64,000 nucleotides of DNA, from NCBI RefSeq assembly GCF_009914755.1, contig NC_060938.1; one strand, 5' to 3'. A program made the position numbers and the translations under genes. Shown one piece after another: positions 29,270-43,319 of the stretch. The number at the start of each line of letters is the position of its first letter. Position 1 is the stretch's first letter. The notes under the pieces were generated by a model that was not told the origin of the DNA, made no database searches, and saw nothing but the letters and a program-made list of their open reading frames with translations. Source of the stretch: the human T2T-CHM13v2.0 reference genome, Homo sapiens.

Positions 29270-29450
29270 CATGGCTAATATGTGCTATGAGTCGGGCTTT
29301 GCCCTGGGTGTTTCGCCACCATTATTTCATTTAATCTTTCCAGATTTTTTATGTAATAAATAATTTTACAGATTTTATAGAAAAAATGGCTTCATGAGAT
29401 TGAGTGACTTGATCCAGCTCTAATGACTAAAAGGTAGAAAATCAGAAGGA
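29270..29450 (-). mobile_element. MIR fragment
   Basis: attatttcatttaatctt...attttatagaaaaaa...gagattgagtgacttg. Confidence 0.5.
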
Positions 29451-29999
29451 GAAAGGGAAAGTAAAGGGGAATGGGAAGAATATCATGCCAGGAAGGTAAA
29501 GAAAAAGAGTTTAAAAAGGGATTAGGGGAGAAGGAGTTCATGGTGTCAAATGCCTAAAAGGCTGTTGAGACTTAGATCTGAGTAATGGCTAGTGAGAAAG
29601 CTTAAAATGAAAGAGTAAAATTCAGTTGTTTGTTCATTTGCTTTGAGACTTATTGTCTAGACTCCAGAGATTTTATTAAATTCTCAAAGCTGTTTCCTTG
29701 GTTTGGCCTACATTTTACAATCTCCCTAAACACTTCCTTCTTTTCTGTTTTTATATTTCCTGGAATTTGAGTGAGAATTCTGTATGACTCTTAAACACAG
29801 GAATCAAAGGCATATGATATTCAGTTATCTAAATTAGAGACTCCACTACTAATTATAATCTATACGAGATTAGGATGCTGAAATGGGGCTGAATCAGAAG
29901 ACAATATGATACTTATTACAATAAAATATAGTATATGGATCACTCTATAAAAGATACGACATGGATTTGGAACATCACGTTACTTACTTCTGTATTCTG

Positions 30000-31850
30000 A
30001 CATGGGAAACACAATAGTCAATAAATTAGTAAGGTTTGTCAAGCCAGACTTATCACCATATCAAAACAGCCCTAGTGAGATCAAGGAACCCACATGCACT
30101 GGTTTTGGGTCTTATTACTAAAACCCTCATGCAATGTCTTATCAACAGGTGATATCAACAACTATATCTAACTCTTGCTATCACTTACCTATGAGTATGC
30201 TCCTCGTTCAATTTCACTTTTTTCCACATTATTTCTCTCTCAATTCATGATTATTTCAGCACACAAAATGCTTACTTATTAAGTAACTGTTATCTCTCAG
30301 TGATTTTGTCCTTCATCTCACAGCCGTGGTCCTACCCTAGAATTGTCATTTACCGGCATATCCATAATCTTAAAATCATGAATCCATTCCTTAGACCATC
30401 ACCTCCTATACTGGCAGCTCACTCCCTCTCTTACTCCATCCCAATCACTGAATCTACGCACATAACCAATGCATTGATTCGATCACCTTTCACAGTTCCC
30501 TCACCCTGTTAATTTTTGCTCTATCCTTTTTTCCTATCTTAAAATCCAAGGTCAATGCAAATAATCTTTACACTTCTGTTGTTCTATCTCACTTACCTTA
30601 AAAGAGCCCAACCCTATTTAAATTCAATTCCATCTACCAGTTTTCTGCACGCATTCAGTTAAATGGAGCTGGAGAAAGCACACAGCCACACTGACTGGCC
30701 TTGAGTCATATTTATGAGCACAAACCTCACGTGAGCTTCCTATGACACCTGACTGTCATTCATACTGTACTTTCCTCATGTACTAATGCCCTAAAATACT
30801 TTCCACACAGATGACAATCCCACACCTTCTGGTCTGTCCTCAAACCTCTGACAATTCACTGTCCATCCTGACTCTCAGCAGAAAATAGTTCTCTATTTCA
30901 TGAAGGAGAATTAGGAAAGCAATCAAAAGAGAACTTTTACAGAATCTACCTCTTAGCTACAAGCATTTGTACACATAGATGTCTGTTTCCATAAATGAAG
31001 TATTTATGCTTTTATCTAAAGTTATCTTCTTTCATGTATTATATTCTCACTGACTTAAGGACAACACTTGAACAATGTTTTCCTTTCTTAACATGCTCAT
31101 CAAACTTTCCTTGTCTACCGGATTCATCCCATTAGTATATAGGCATGCTATTAATTATCCTATATGAAATACATTAGACAACAATGACAACAACAAGAAC
31201 AACAAATTTCCTACTCATTTTTCTCTTTGCATTAAAGTTCTTCAAAAAAGTAGCTGGAACTAATATACAAATTCCTTATCTTGTATTTTTTCTTAAACTC
31301 ACTTTAATCGGGCATTTAGTTTTACCATTCCATTGGAACTTCTCTTTAAAATATCACCAATGGCCTCCACTTTGCTAACTCCCATGACAAATTTTCTGTC
31401 CTCACTATGTTTTACCAATCGAAAGCATTGTACATAATTGATCTCTAAGATACTATATTGTGTGGATTTTTTTTTCTGTATTTCATTACTCACTTATTTC
31501 TAGTCTCCTTTGCTGGATCTTCATCTCCTTCATCTGTTAATGGTGTAATTACTCAGATCTCAATCCTTTCTCTTGAACTCCAGACTCATGTATCTGACTG
31601 CTACTAAACACTGTCACCTGGCTGTGTAATAAAAACCTCAAGTTTAACATATCGTAAAGGAATAACCAATCTTCTCTCAAAATGTACTCCACCATTTTCC
31701 TGTTCATCACAGTTGCTGACAACATCGGACATCATTCTGTTTCAACATACTTATTATCTTTCATGACTTTTCTCTTCATATTCCATATCACATCTGTTAG
31801 AAACCTTGTTGAATGTTGTTTCAAAATATATTTAGCATTCAACCATTTAC
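30000..31850 (+). mobile_element. L2 LINE, long degraded fragment
   Basis: ctggagaaagcacacagccacactgactgg; ctcttgaactccagactcatgtatctgactgc; tcaaaatatatttagcattcaacca. Confidence 0.7.
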
Positions 31851-32139
31851 CACAGGGACTACCACAAGTTGTAAGGGAAGTGGATATTCAGTTGAGGACA
31901 TTGACTATTGAGAAAAATCAGATTTCATTTGGCTACTGGTAATGTTTAGTTACTGGTAATGTTTAGTATTAACCCACCATTGAATGCACAGAGAAGCTGA
32001 TGAAAAGCAGGTGCCACTTGACCAATTGTAACCTCAAGTTGTCAGGTCCTGCCTAGTACTCCTTAACACATGGCACAGGAGCAGGAATTCTAAGGGAAGA
32101 GAAGCCACACATTATTAAGGGCTTTTGGTTTGTTTGTTT

Positions 32140-32299
<160 letters not shown>

Positions 32300-32599
32300 T
32301 GAATTCACCAGTGACGTATGGCTCAATGAATATCCTGAGCTTTGATCAATTAGACTAGTAATTCCTTTCTCTTAGTGATTTGCTAAGAAGGAAATCAAAC
32401 TATGTGGAAATTCTTGATATAGAGAAGTATAACCCTTTCCTATTATACATTTCCCTTAAAATAAAAAAATTGAACACATTTATCTTTCCTTTAGTCCATC
32501 CTCAAAATAAAACTCTTCCTTTCCTCTCTCCTTGATTACCATCCCCAAAGCTACTAAATGACAAAAGGGTTTCATCTGACCTCACTCATTGTATGTTAT

Positions 32600-35500
32600 A
32601 CTGCATACAGTTTTTAACCGACATAAAAACTACAGAAACAGGCAAAATTCCTAAGTATGAAGTTGTAGAAATTTTTATAATGTAAGGGTATCTGTGAAAC
32701 AACCACTCAGAGGTAACCACTATTCTGATTTCTTTCATCATAGACTGCTTTATCTAATTTGAAATTTATATGAATTTATTCATGAAGTATGTTCTACTTT
32801 GCATCTAATTTATTTTTTGATATTCATCTGTATTGTGTGCAAAGGTGGCTTGTTAAGTCTCATTAGCTTTATATTATTTAGTTAAATGCATATGCTGCAA
32901 CTAATTTTTTTTATTGTGCTACTGATGAACATTTGATTATTTCCCAGTTTTTGGTTCTTTTGAATGGTACTGCTATGAGCATTTTAATATGTGCCTTTTG
33001 GTGAACATGTGAATACATTTCTGTTGAGAATACGCTTGAGTGGAAGCGCTGATTATGGGACAGGTCCATGCTCCGTTTTAGTGATATAACAAAGAGTTTT
33101 CCAAACTTGTATCAATGTATATTCTCTTCAGAGAAGTATGACAATTTCAGTCAACTCACACACTTAGAAATACTTAGCGTTATAAGTTTTTACATTTTTC
33201 AAAAATTATTGTATCCATTCTGGTGATGATGAGTGATATCATATATGCTTTTATTTGCCTTCCCTTGATAATTAATGAGGCTTTCATAAGTCATCTTTAT
33301 GATGCATTTCCTATTAGAGCATTTTAAAATTAAACATTTGCTTTCATCTTTTCTTGCTTTGTAGATTTTTTCTGTATTCTAGATACAAATTCTTTGTGAA
33401 TATATGTAATTCATGTAATGTCTGTGTCTCTGTGGTTTGCCTTTTTATACTTTCATTTCATATCTTGTGTGTGTGTGTATGTGTGTGTGTTTAGACAGGG
33501 GCCACACTCTATCGCTTAGGTTGGTCTTGAACTCCTGAGCTCAAGCAATCTTTCTATATTGGCCTCACAAAGTGCTGGGATTACAGGCATGAACTACTGT
33601 GCCTGTCCCCTGTATCTTTAAATGAACTGAAATTTACAAATTTAAGAAAGTCGAATTTTTCTCTTTTCTTTCATAATTTTTGTTACCATTTACTAGTTTA
33701 AAAAACATTTGCATACCTCGGTTACAATAATAGTTTTCTACTTATTGCTAAGATTGAATCTTAATTGTTTTACCACGCACATGTCGATGTCAATTCACCC
33801 ATTGTCCATTTTGTGTGTTATGTAAGGTAAGGGTCAAGATGTTTTTATAAAATATGATATTCAATACCCACAATTATTTTTTAATGAGACCATCATAAGC
33901 CACTGAATTCAGATGCATCATTTTTATAAGTAAATTAATAAGTTACATAGAATTATAATCTTTGGACTCTTCTCCAATGTTTTATGTGTATATTGATGAG
34001 CCAATAGTCATATCATATAAATTAGGGTATATTTCTAACACTGGGAATGTGTCTTCCAACTCAATTCTTAAAGTTTATAATTTTGGCTCTTCTCTAGTTT
34101 TTGAATTTCCATGTAAGTGTAAATTATCTTCTGAATATTCACAAGTAAATGCTGGTAGAATATTTTATCTGGATTGCATTGAATATATTGATCAATCTGA
34201 AGAGAATAGAGTTCTCCAATCATTAACATATTGTATCTATTTATTTAGACAGTCTTTAATTTTTTCATTGCAGTGTTCAGTGGTATATTAATACAGTGCT
34301 TACATTTCTTTCATGAGATTTATTCTAAGAAATTTGATGTAATCTGTGCTATTGCAAGTCTTCGTTTATGTTTATTTTGAATTATTTTTGGTGGTAAATG
34401 GAAATTATATTATTCTTTTATGTTACATCAAAAGATCCTATTATGTTCACTTATCAATACTTATTAATTCTCAAAGCATGTTTATAGATTCTTTAGATTT
34501 TTCTACATATGAAAATCATGATATCCTTAAATACAGTTTTTGTACTTTGGTTCCAAACTTTTAACATTTCATTTTTTTTTTACTTGACTTTAGGAAAATG
34601 ATCAGTAGAAAAAGGATAGTAAACAATATTTACATTCTTGACTCCAGTGGGAAACGCTTTTATGTATTTCAATATTTCACCACAAAGTATAGTGCTAGTT
34701 CCTTTTCAATTTTTTTTAAACTGTCAGATTAAGTAAGTCTCTTTCTATTTCAAGATTGCCAAGTGGGTTTTGTTGTTATTTTAATTACTAAGAGGATTTT
34801 AATGATCTCAAATTCTTCAATTACATAAAAAATGATATATGGCTTTTCCCCTTTTTAATTAATTTGTTGAATTACAATGATGAATTTTCAAAAGTTATAT
34901 ATGTTTTCTTTAATAAAATAAATCTCACTTTGTATGATATATCTTTTTGTATGTAACTGAATTCAATTTTGTAATATGTTACTTTGGAATTCTCATGTTG
35001 TTTACAAAGATACTGCCTTTAATTTTTCTTGCTTACACTGCCTTTGTCAGGTTTAGATACAAGATTATGTTGACTTCATAAAATGAGTTAAATATTTTCA
35101 CTCTCCTTTAATTTTCTGAAAAAGATGTAAATTTGCTATCATTATTTCTTTTAATATTGGGAAAAATCCAACAGACAAGTAATCTGATCAGGCAGGAAGA
35201 TTTTGTGGTGTGGTTTGTATTTAAGATATAATTTACTTGACAGATTTAAGAATTTTTAGATCTTCTATTTCTTCTTGTGTCAGTTTTACTAATTTTGTTC
35301 TTTTCCAAAAATTTCTTCCTTTCATCAATTCTGTAAAATATATTGTTATAAAAAATTTTATAATATCTGATTTTAAGTTTATGAAGGATTTATAACCTTC
35401 TTTAACTTCTAATATTAGCAATTCATTAGTTCTATTTGCTTTATTAATTTATTGAGAGATTTGTGAAATTTATGAATTCTTTCAATGAAGTTTTTGCTCT

Positions 35501-36015
35501 CTTGCGTTTCTTAGTTTCTTTATTCTGCATACACTTTATTTCACTGATACTGATTTCTGCTCTTATATTGACAACTAGAACTTTCTTCCTTTTACTTAGA
35601 CACACTGTAAATTCACAAATGAAATATGAAATTTATTTTTAAATGAATAATGTTTAGAGAACAAACTTTTATAATTCCATTTATTTAGAATTTACTGAGG
35701 CTAGTTTTATGAGTCAGCATATGGTTTGTTTTTGCGCACTTAAAAAGAATCAGTATTCTACAGCTGTTGAGTACAGTGTATCATATCACTTAGTTCAATT
35801 TGGTTTCCTGAATTTTACAAATCTTTTTAAGGCTTACTGTTTTCAAATTTTAAGCAGTTCTTATTCCTTATTTTTAATTCTGTTCATTCTTTCTATACAC
35901 ATATTTCAAATAAATACTGAATAGTTACAATTTCGTGTTGAATTAGCATGTTATAATTATAAAATGGTCACTTAATCATCAGTAATACTTCTTTACTTAA
36001 AGCATCTTTTGTCTG
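32600..36015 (-). mobile_element. Old L1M (L1ME-like) 3'UTR plus ORF2, about 3.4 kb
   Basis: Antisense L1 motifs throughout; ORF 35233-35421 keeps KLTQEEIEDL, typical of ORF2. Confidence 0.75.
33490..33609 (-). mobile_element. FLAM monomer with a (TG)n tail
   Basis: ggtcttgaactcctgagctcaagcaatc...aaagtgctgggattacaggcat. Confidence 0.8.
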
Positions 36016-36030
36016 TGAAGTAGGAGGTTT

Positions 36031-36160
36031 TGACTGAGACACGTTACTCCATCATAGTGGGAACTAGAACTCTAATGCATACATGTATCTCTTCTACATA
36101 TTTCTTAAGTATTGATGATTGATATGCTTTCCTTTTCACTTAGCATATTGAGTTTTTTAA
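36031..36160 (+). repeat. Donor of a 130-bp local direct duplication (copy at 37066-37196)
   Basis: Ungapped manual alignment, about 22 mismatches in 130 bp. Confidence 0.92.
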
Positions 36161-36179
36161 TCATATCTAGCATATCATT

Positions 36180-36835
36180 GCAATATTCTTTTAAATTGTT
36201 ATCAATTTATCTCCCTTCAAAAATTTTCTATGTAGCTTTGCAATCACATTTTTAAAATAAACATCTTATTTTTCTCCCCAGCTTAAAATCCATCTTTGAA
36301 ATGCATTACTCTTATAATAAAATTAAAATCCATAGTAGAATCTATAGGACACTCAGTATCTAACTACCCTGCTTGATCTTTTAAACTCATCTCCTAGTAA
36401 CACCCTATTTTAGCACTTCATTCCAAACACAGTGAGTGAATTCCATCATGATCTATCAGGTTTCCAAGGTTTCACATGTAATGTACAATGAGAATTATAA
36501 TATCCTTCCTAGACAACTCACTCCAATTGGCTTGATGAATGAATTCTTATTTCCTACAGTGCTCAAAAATCAATCTCTTAAAAAAAATTCTTGACTCTTT
36601 TCATATCTAGCTCCCATCCAATTTCTCAAATTGAGTTGGCAACTTTTTCTCTCTTCTCCACTTGGCACCTTATTGATACATCTATCACAGCACTTATTCC
36701 ATACAACAATCATTTATTTATATGTCTGCACTTCCAACTAGACCAAGCCTCTCAAGGAAAAATATTATGTATGTATTTGTTTAATGTTTGAATGATATTC
36801 AACTAGAACATATTCTGGGACTCTATAAACATTTT
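36180..36835 (+). mobile_element. L2 3' fragment
   Basis: cagcttaaaatccatc...atcacagcactta...ttatttatatgtctg...ccaactagaccaagcctctcaagg. Confidence 0.6.
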
Positions 36836-37065
36836 AAGACAAATTAAGAGAGAACTCTCACTGTGTTTTACCAATAAGCTTCTTAAAATGATTAGACAGA
36901 ATTGCATATTTCTGTCCCTTCAGTATGGACAGGCATTCAGTATGGACAAAAGCAGATTTGATTTCTGTATTTTCCATCAATTAGGTAGCAATGTAATATT
37001 GAGCTAGTAACTTAACCTATTTTTTCTTACTCTCTCATAGGTTGAATTCTGTCCACACAAAATTT

Positions 37066-37196
37066 ATGAGTGAAACACATTACTCCATCATACAGGGAAA
37101 TAGAAATCTAATGCATATATTTCTATCTTCTACATGTTTCTTAAACATTGATAATTGATATGCTTATCTTTTCACTTATCTACTTGAGATTTTTAA
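37066..37196 (+). repeat. Inserted copy of 36031-36160
   Basis: It interrupts the LTR about 35 bp from its start. Confidence 0.9.
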
Positions 37197-37208
37197 AATA
37201 CTTATTAC

Positions 37209-37515
<307 letters not shown>

Positions 37516-37987
37516 TTACTACTAGTCCCTCAGAATGTGATTGTAATCAAATTTAGGGCCTTTAAAGGAGGTAATTAAGGTTAAATGAGACCACTGTTGT
37601 GGGCCCTAATCCAATATAACTGATGTCTTTATAAGAAGAGGAGACTAATTCACAGACAACAGAGGAAACAGACAACAGAGACATAGACAACAGAGGAAAC
37701 ACCAGATGTAGATAAAGGGAAAATATGGCCAATTACAAGCCAAAGAGAGAGGCCTCAGAATGAAACCATCATTGCCAACAGCCTAGGTCTTGGCTAATAG
37801 CATCCAGAGCTGTGAGAAAATAAATTTCTGTTGTCTAAGTCATCCAGTCTTTGGTATTTGTTATGTCAGTAGCACTAGTGAACTAACACAATCTTGCATG
37901 AATTTGGTGATGGCTGAATAAGATAAAATATGTAACTTTGTTTGGAAATTTCTAACATGTGATGTTACTCACATTCTTAAATAAGTA

Positions 37988-38329
37988 CAGTTATGTGTCA
38001 CATAATAATATTGCATTCAACAATGAGCAGCATATATGATAGTGGCCCCATATAATTATAATATATTTTTACTATACCTTTTTCTGTTTAGATATGTTTA
38101 GAGGCACACATATTTATCATCATGTTATAATTACCTACAGTATTCAGTACAGCAACATGCTGTACAGGTTGGCAACCTAGGAGCAATAGGATATACCATA
38201 TAGCCTAAATGTGTGGTAGGCTATGACATCTAGGTTTTTGTTAGTACACTCTTTGATGTTCCCATGACTACGAAATCGCCTAATGATGCATTTCTCAGGA
38301 TATAGCTGCATTGATAAGCAATGGTTGGC
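37988..38329 (+). mobile_element. Tigger3a/3d MITE
   Basis: ta|cagttatgtgtcacataa ... gaaatcgcctaatgatgcatttctcag; about 340 bp. Confidence 0.85.
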
Positions 38330-38379
38330 TGTTTTCTAAATTTTACTATCAGCCCCCCAAAAGTTAACTTCTCTGTCAT

Positions 38380-38565
38380 TTTTAAATACTTTTAATTTGG
38401 GAACAATTATAGATTTACAGAGTCGTTGAAAAGATAGGACAGAGTTTCTGTATATCCCACTCTCAGTTGATTTTTTACTAACATCTTACATGAAGAGTGT
38501 GCATTTGACGCAATTAATAAAATAACATTAGTGCACTATTATTCATTAATCTCCATTTTTAATAC
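38380..38565 (-). mobile_element. L1MC 3' terminal fragment
   Basis: aattatagatttacagagtcgttgaaaagataggacagagtttc. Confidence 0.65.
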
Positions 38566-39728
38566 ACCTAAAAATTTCTCTTATAATTTTATGTATATTA
38601 TTTATTGATATATATATATAATCTCTCTATAATATTACATATATATAATATTTATCCATCCCCTCAGGTTCCACTTGTAAGCTACTAAAATTAAAAACTC
38701 TTTGAACACTGAAGTCTGGAATCTTTACTTAGAAAAAAGCTCATTAAATGATTCAGAGATAGTCATGTCTGTTAACCCTTACTTTAGGCATAGCTATAAT
38801 AATGCCAGTGTCAAATAAGGTTACTTCAACCTTTCCCTTATCCACAGATTATGAATTTGCAGTAGCCCCTCAAGAATTCTATGATTTATTTTTTCCTAGT
38901 GACCTCTGGTCCCAAGGGCCTCTTTTCTCTGAATTAACTCTGTTTAATGGGATCTTATCATTCCACACGTGTTGTCACTGTTTCTTACTGCATGAAAACA
39001 GATGTGAAATGCAGTCCTTTTCATTCTTTTACAAATACATGCACATGCATAAAAACACATATTAATAGCAAATATTGGATTATGTATTAAATTTAATATT
39101 AAATAGCTATATAATAAAGACACAAAAACAAATAACTTAGAAATGAATATTTGACAAGTTTCTTTAAAAAGCAACCACTATTTTTTCTCATCCATTTTGC
39201 AATCTGTTCTGTGATCTCTTGCAAGTTTTTTAGGATTTTTTTACATTCTCCTGTCAAACTTCCTTCCCAGAAAGAAAAAATAAATTACTTTATATTTTGT
39301 TTGTGAACTTACAATATGTCATAGAAATGTATTCTATAAAAAATCTATCCACAGTTGATATTGTTCCAAGTCAATAGTAGGCAATATGGTTTGGCTCTGT
39401 GTCCCCACCCAAATCTCATGTTCAACTGTGGTCCTGAGTGTTGGAGGTGGGGCCTGGTGGGTGATTGGGTAATAGGGGTGGTTTCTGATGGTTTAACACC
39501 ATCCTCCTATTGGTGTCTTGTGAGTCCTTACAAGATCTGGTTGTTTAAAAGTGTGTAGCACTGCCCCCTTTGCTTTCTTTTCCTCTTGCTTCAGCCCTGT
39601 AGGACGTGCCAGCTTCCCCTCCACCTTCTGCCATGATTGTAAGTTTCCTGAGGCCTCCACAGCTGTGCTTCCAGTACAGCTTGTGGAACGAAAAGCCAAT
39701 TAAACCATGTTTCTTATAAATTACCCAG

Positions 39729-40092
39729 TGATATAGTTATGCTGTATCCCCACCCAAATCTCACCTTGAACTGTAGCTCCCATAGTCTCTAAGTATCATG
39801 AGAGGGACCCAGTGGGAGGCAATTAAATCATGGTGCTGAGTTTTCCCCATGCTGTTCCTGTGACAGTGAATAAATCTCATGAGATCTGATGGTTTTATAA
39901 ATGGAAGTTCCTCTGCACACGCTCCCTCACCTGCCACCATGTAAGATGTGCCTTTGTTCCTCTTTCACCTTCCACCAGGATTGTGAGGCCTCCCCAGCCA
40001 TGTGGAAACTGTAAGTCCATTAAACCTCTTCCTTTTATAAATTAGTCAGTCTGGGGTATGTCCTTATAGCAGTGTGAGAACAGACTAATACA
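39729..40092 (+). mobile_element. THE1C-like solo LTR
   Basis: tgatatagtt...ccccacccaaatctc ... gcagtgtgagaacagactaataca. Confidence 0.9.
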
Positions 40093-40106
40093 TGTAGTCC
40101 TTTATA

Positions 40107-40151
40107 TTATATGGGTACAAAAGTAATTGCAGTTTTTACCATTAAAAGTAA
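40107..40151. mobile_element. Half MADE1 (Hsmar1 TIR plus spacer)
   Basis: ta|ttatatgggtacaaaagtaattgcagtttttaccattaaaagtaa matches the MADE1 sequence ttaggttggtgcaaaagtaattgcggtttttgccattaaaagtaa. Confidence 0.85.
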
Positions 40152-40229
40152 GCAATGTGAGAACAGATTAATACACTGGGCATGCTAGAGAGTTAGTACC
40201 ATGGAAGCTGTCAAAGAGCTTACTGGTTG

Positions 40230-40450
40230 TGCATGTCAAATTAGGGACTTTTATATACATATTCCTTTTTAACCTTCATGAAAACACACTGGTGTGTGTT
40301 TTCACTGTATTCTCTCATTGTACAGAGGAAACTGAGGTACCAATAGTTCAAACTACATTGAAATGCACAGTTTGTTAAAAGTGTAGAAGCAGAAGTTGAA
40401 TTCAAATACAGACTCCAAAACCTTGATTATTTTTACATCAACAGTCCGCT
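40230..40450 (-). mobile_element. MIR
   Basis: cattgtacagaggaaactgagg core; cagactccaaaacc. Confidence 0.7.
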
Positions 40451-42928
40451 TCTACAGCTAGAGCCTTAAAGTGTTCCTTCTAATGCTCCTTTCCACCACC
40501 AATTGTGCTCCAGCCTACTGAGAAGACAAATAGAGTGGTAAATTTTCCAGGAAAGCTGCAGCAATCTGCAGAGTGGCAGGAATTCAAGTTGGTGAAGTTA
40601 AAGGTAATAGCCAATTGAATGTTGGTTGCCCTTTTGACAGATGTACCAGCTACTAGCATTAAATCATCTCTATATTTGGCAGGTGCACCAGCTACTGGTG
40701 TTAACACCATCCAAAATAGGGTTAATTGGTGGAGCTAGATTAAAAATAAGACAGATCATCTAATTTCACTACAATTGCTTAGTCAGTTACCCAGTGGTTG
40801 CCATATGCCATCTAAATTAGTACTTTTACATTTACAAACAATATAGTTTCTCTTTGCAAGGGCCTGTTCTTTATCTTATACTTTTCTTTCTATGTAACTG
40901 ATTTAATAATTTGATTTATACTCTGTGATCTTTAGTAACAAACCCAACACAGATTAATAAGCTCCAGACAATCAAAGGCTACATAATTTTAAATAGATCT
41001 GAAAAAACCTACACTTCGTTATATTATTAACAATACTGAAGAGAGTTAAGTCTAACTACTTTGTTTTACATTTGTCTCATCCTAAAGCTGGTGAATACTA
41101 TTATCATGCAAATGCAGAAGCAGTTAATTTGTTTACATGTGAAGCAAAAATTAGATATACTTGGGAGATTTTCCTCATACAACTCTTCACTTCAAAATAA
41201 ATAGTTTTTAAAGTATTTTCCATTATAGAAACAATAATAAAGTGTCTATAAAAATAGTTGTTCATAGTAACAAAATGGAAAAATGTGAAATTTTTTTTTT
41301 CTTTTTGCTCATTCTTACTTCTATAATTTTCATAGCCCCTCACTCTTTATAGTATATAAGAGAGGTCGACATTTTTTCTCCAAATCATATGTGATGATTA
41401 CGTTAGGTAAGCAATCTGATCACAGAATCTCTACACCAACACAATTATAAAGTACTTAGTAAAATGACACTCAACAAACCTTGAGATTATTTGACTTGTT
41501 TTTCTCTTTAATTAAAATGAAGAACTGAGAAAACTATATAATTTCAAGCAATAAATTAAAGAACTATATTTAAAATTCTAGGTCTAAAGAGTCCATTTAT
41601 TTCTGTTTAGATTTTCTTCCTTTCATCCTCTGTTGTGGTACCTATTTAGGTTCTTAAATAAAACAGGAAGTTATAATTTTTCTACATTTTATAAGATGTG
41701 GAACTGTTAACAAAAAACCTTCTCCCCTGAAGTTGTTTCTTGCATTTTACTATGTTTTAAGATAATTATCCCAACAACACAGATCAAATTCAAAGGAACA
41801 GTGAGATATTTTCACACATGTGATTTCAACACTCATTATTTAGATAGCCTTTCTTCTTTTCTAATACTGGCCATGGAGCCGATATTTTCATTTTAACAGT
41901 GAAGCCAGTTATTCAATTTCACTTATATTTAATGGATAAACCTAGGGTTTTATTTTTTTGCTAACAAAGGCAAGGATGGGAAGTGATCTTGGGAATGGGT
42001 GACAGTTGACAGCTTCTACAAACAGCCATCCTGCTTCTGCAGCTGGTGACAATGCTTAATATTGCAGCTCCATAGACTTGTACTGGCTGGGGGCCAGGCC
42101 TCTTGTTGGAATTCAAAGAACCCATCTGGATAAAGCTCCCCTGACACTGACCTGAATTGAGATCACAGACTGGCATAGTCCTTCAGATTCTAGGTATTGT
42201 GTACCTTTTATCAAGGGCAGGCCATGACACTGACAAAAGAAGAAAACATATATTCTCCATATTGACAGATTTTTCCCCACTTTTATAGATGTAAAGCAAG
42301 ATATAGAAATAAAAATAAAACAGCAGAAAGACAGAAAGACCCTTTATGTCTTGAGTATAAAATATGTTTATGTGTATATTTTACAGTTATGTTTGTGAAG
42401 CGATGTTTTTCACATACTTTCATTTAAGTTGGGGATTTAAAGAGCGTTATGTTAGCGAATGAGGTGCTTACATGAGAAAAAATTAATGTTTCGCAGTTTA
42501 AGCATTATTCTTCATGGGTGAGTATCAGCTTTAGAGAGACAGGTGAAAAGTTAGAAAATATGACTATGTATTTCATTTTGTTTCATAGCAAAATAATTAA
42601 CTTTTTCTGTGCTTTATTCCTCTGCCTTAAATCAGGCAAGGAAAAGTTTCAAAAGACTTTTTGAGCCAAACCTTGGTAAGCAGCTCTCCAAGCTGTAAAA
42701 GTCACTATAGCCTGCCTGTGAGCACCATTATAGGTCTCCCAGACTCCATGAATCGTGCCCTGGAAGCCTTCTTACATGACATAACATCATGACTCGAAAC
42801 ACAATCTTCTCACAGACAACCATAATTAGACAAAAACATTCTGAATCATAGCAAGAGGCTGTTAGCTCTCATCACAGAAAGTAACAACACTCATCCAGTG
42901 TACCTCCCTACTGACCTTAGTCACTGCC

Positions 42929-43245
42929 TGTAGCAGCCAAGATAGGCTAGATTACATGCTAGTACCAAATAAATTCAAACAGCCTGTGGCTTGCATCAAC
43001 AGATACGTATCCCTTACTCATACTATATGGACATTTTAGAACCAGTGTTACCTGAGTCCAGGTTTTTCTCCACTGGAACCCAGATAATGAAGCAGGGTCA
43101 GTATGAAACATTGCTGGTTATTGTAACAGGAAAAATAATGTATGGGGAGATATAATCTTGTTCTAAAAGCTTTTGCTCAAAAATAATATGTCACTTTTGC
43201 TTACATTCTATTGACCAAAGCAAGTCACATAAATCCCCAGTTAAC
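42929..43245 (-). mobile_element. MLT1K/L-like MaLR LTR fragment
   Basis: gataggctagatta...gtggctt...; cacttttgcttacattctattgaccaaagcaagtcacat. Confidence 0.6.
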
Positions 43246-43319
43246 ATTTTCTAGGTGGTACCAAAACGAAACAAAAAAAAGCAAATATGTAAGCCATTTC
43301 TTTTTAAAGTTGAGAGTGT

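Larger units (their letters stand above)
39382..40175 (+). mobile_element. MSTA/MSTB LTR interrupted by THE1 and a half-MADE1
   Basis: atatggtttggctctgtgtccccacccaaatctcatgttc...ggaggtggggcctggtgg; the 3' end resumes as tgtagtcctttata|...|gcaatgtgagaacagattaataca. Confidence 0.85.

Noticed and set aside
40480-40710. 76-aa minus-strand ORF with an internal VAG repeat
   Set aside because: It is short, has no recognisable domain or splice context, and the repeat is explained by the 42-bp DNA duplication.
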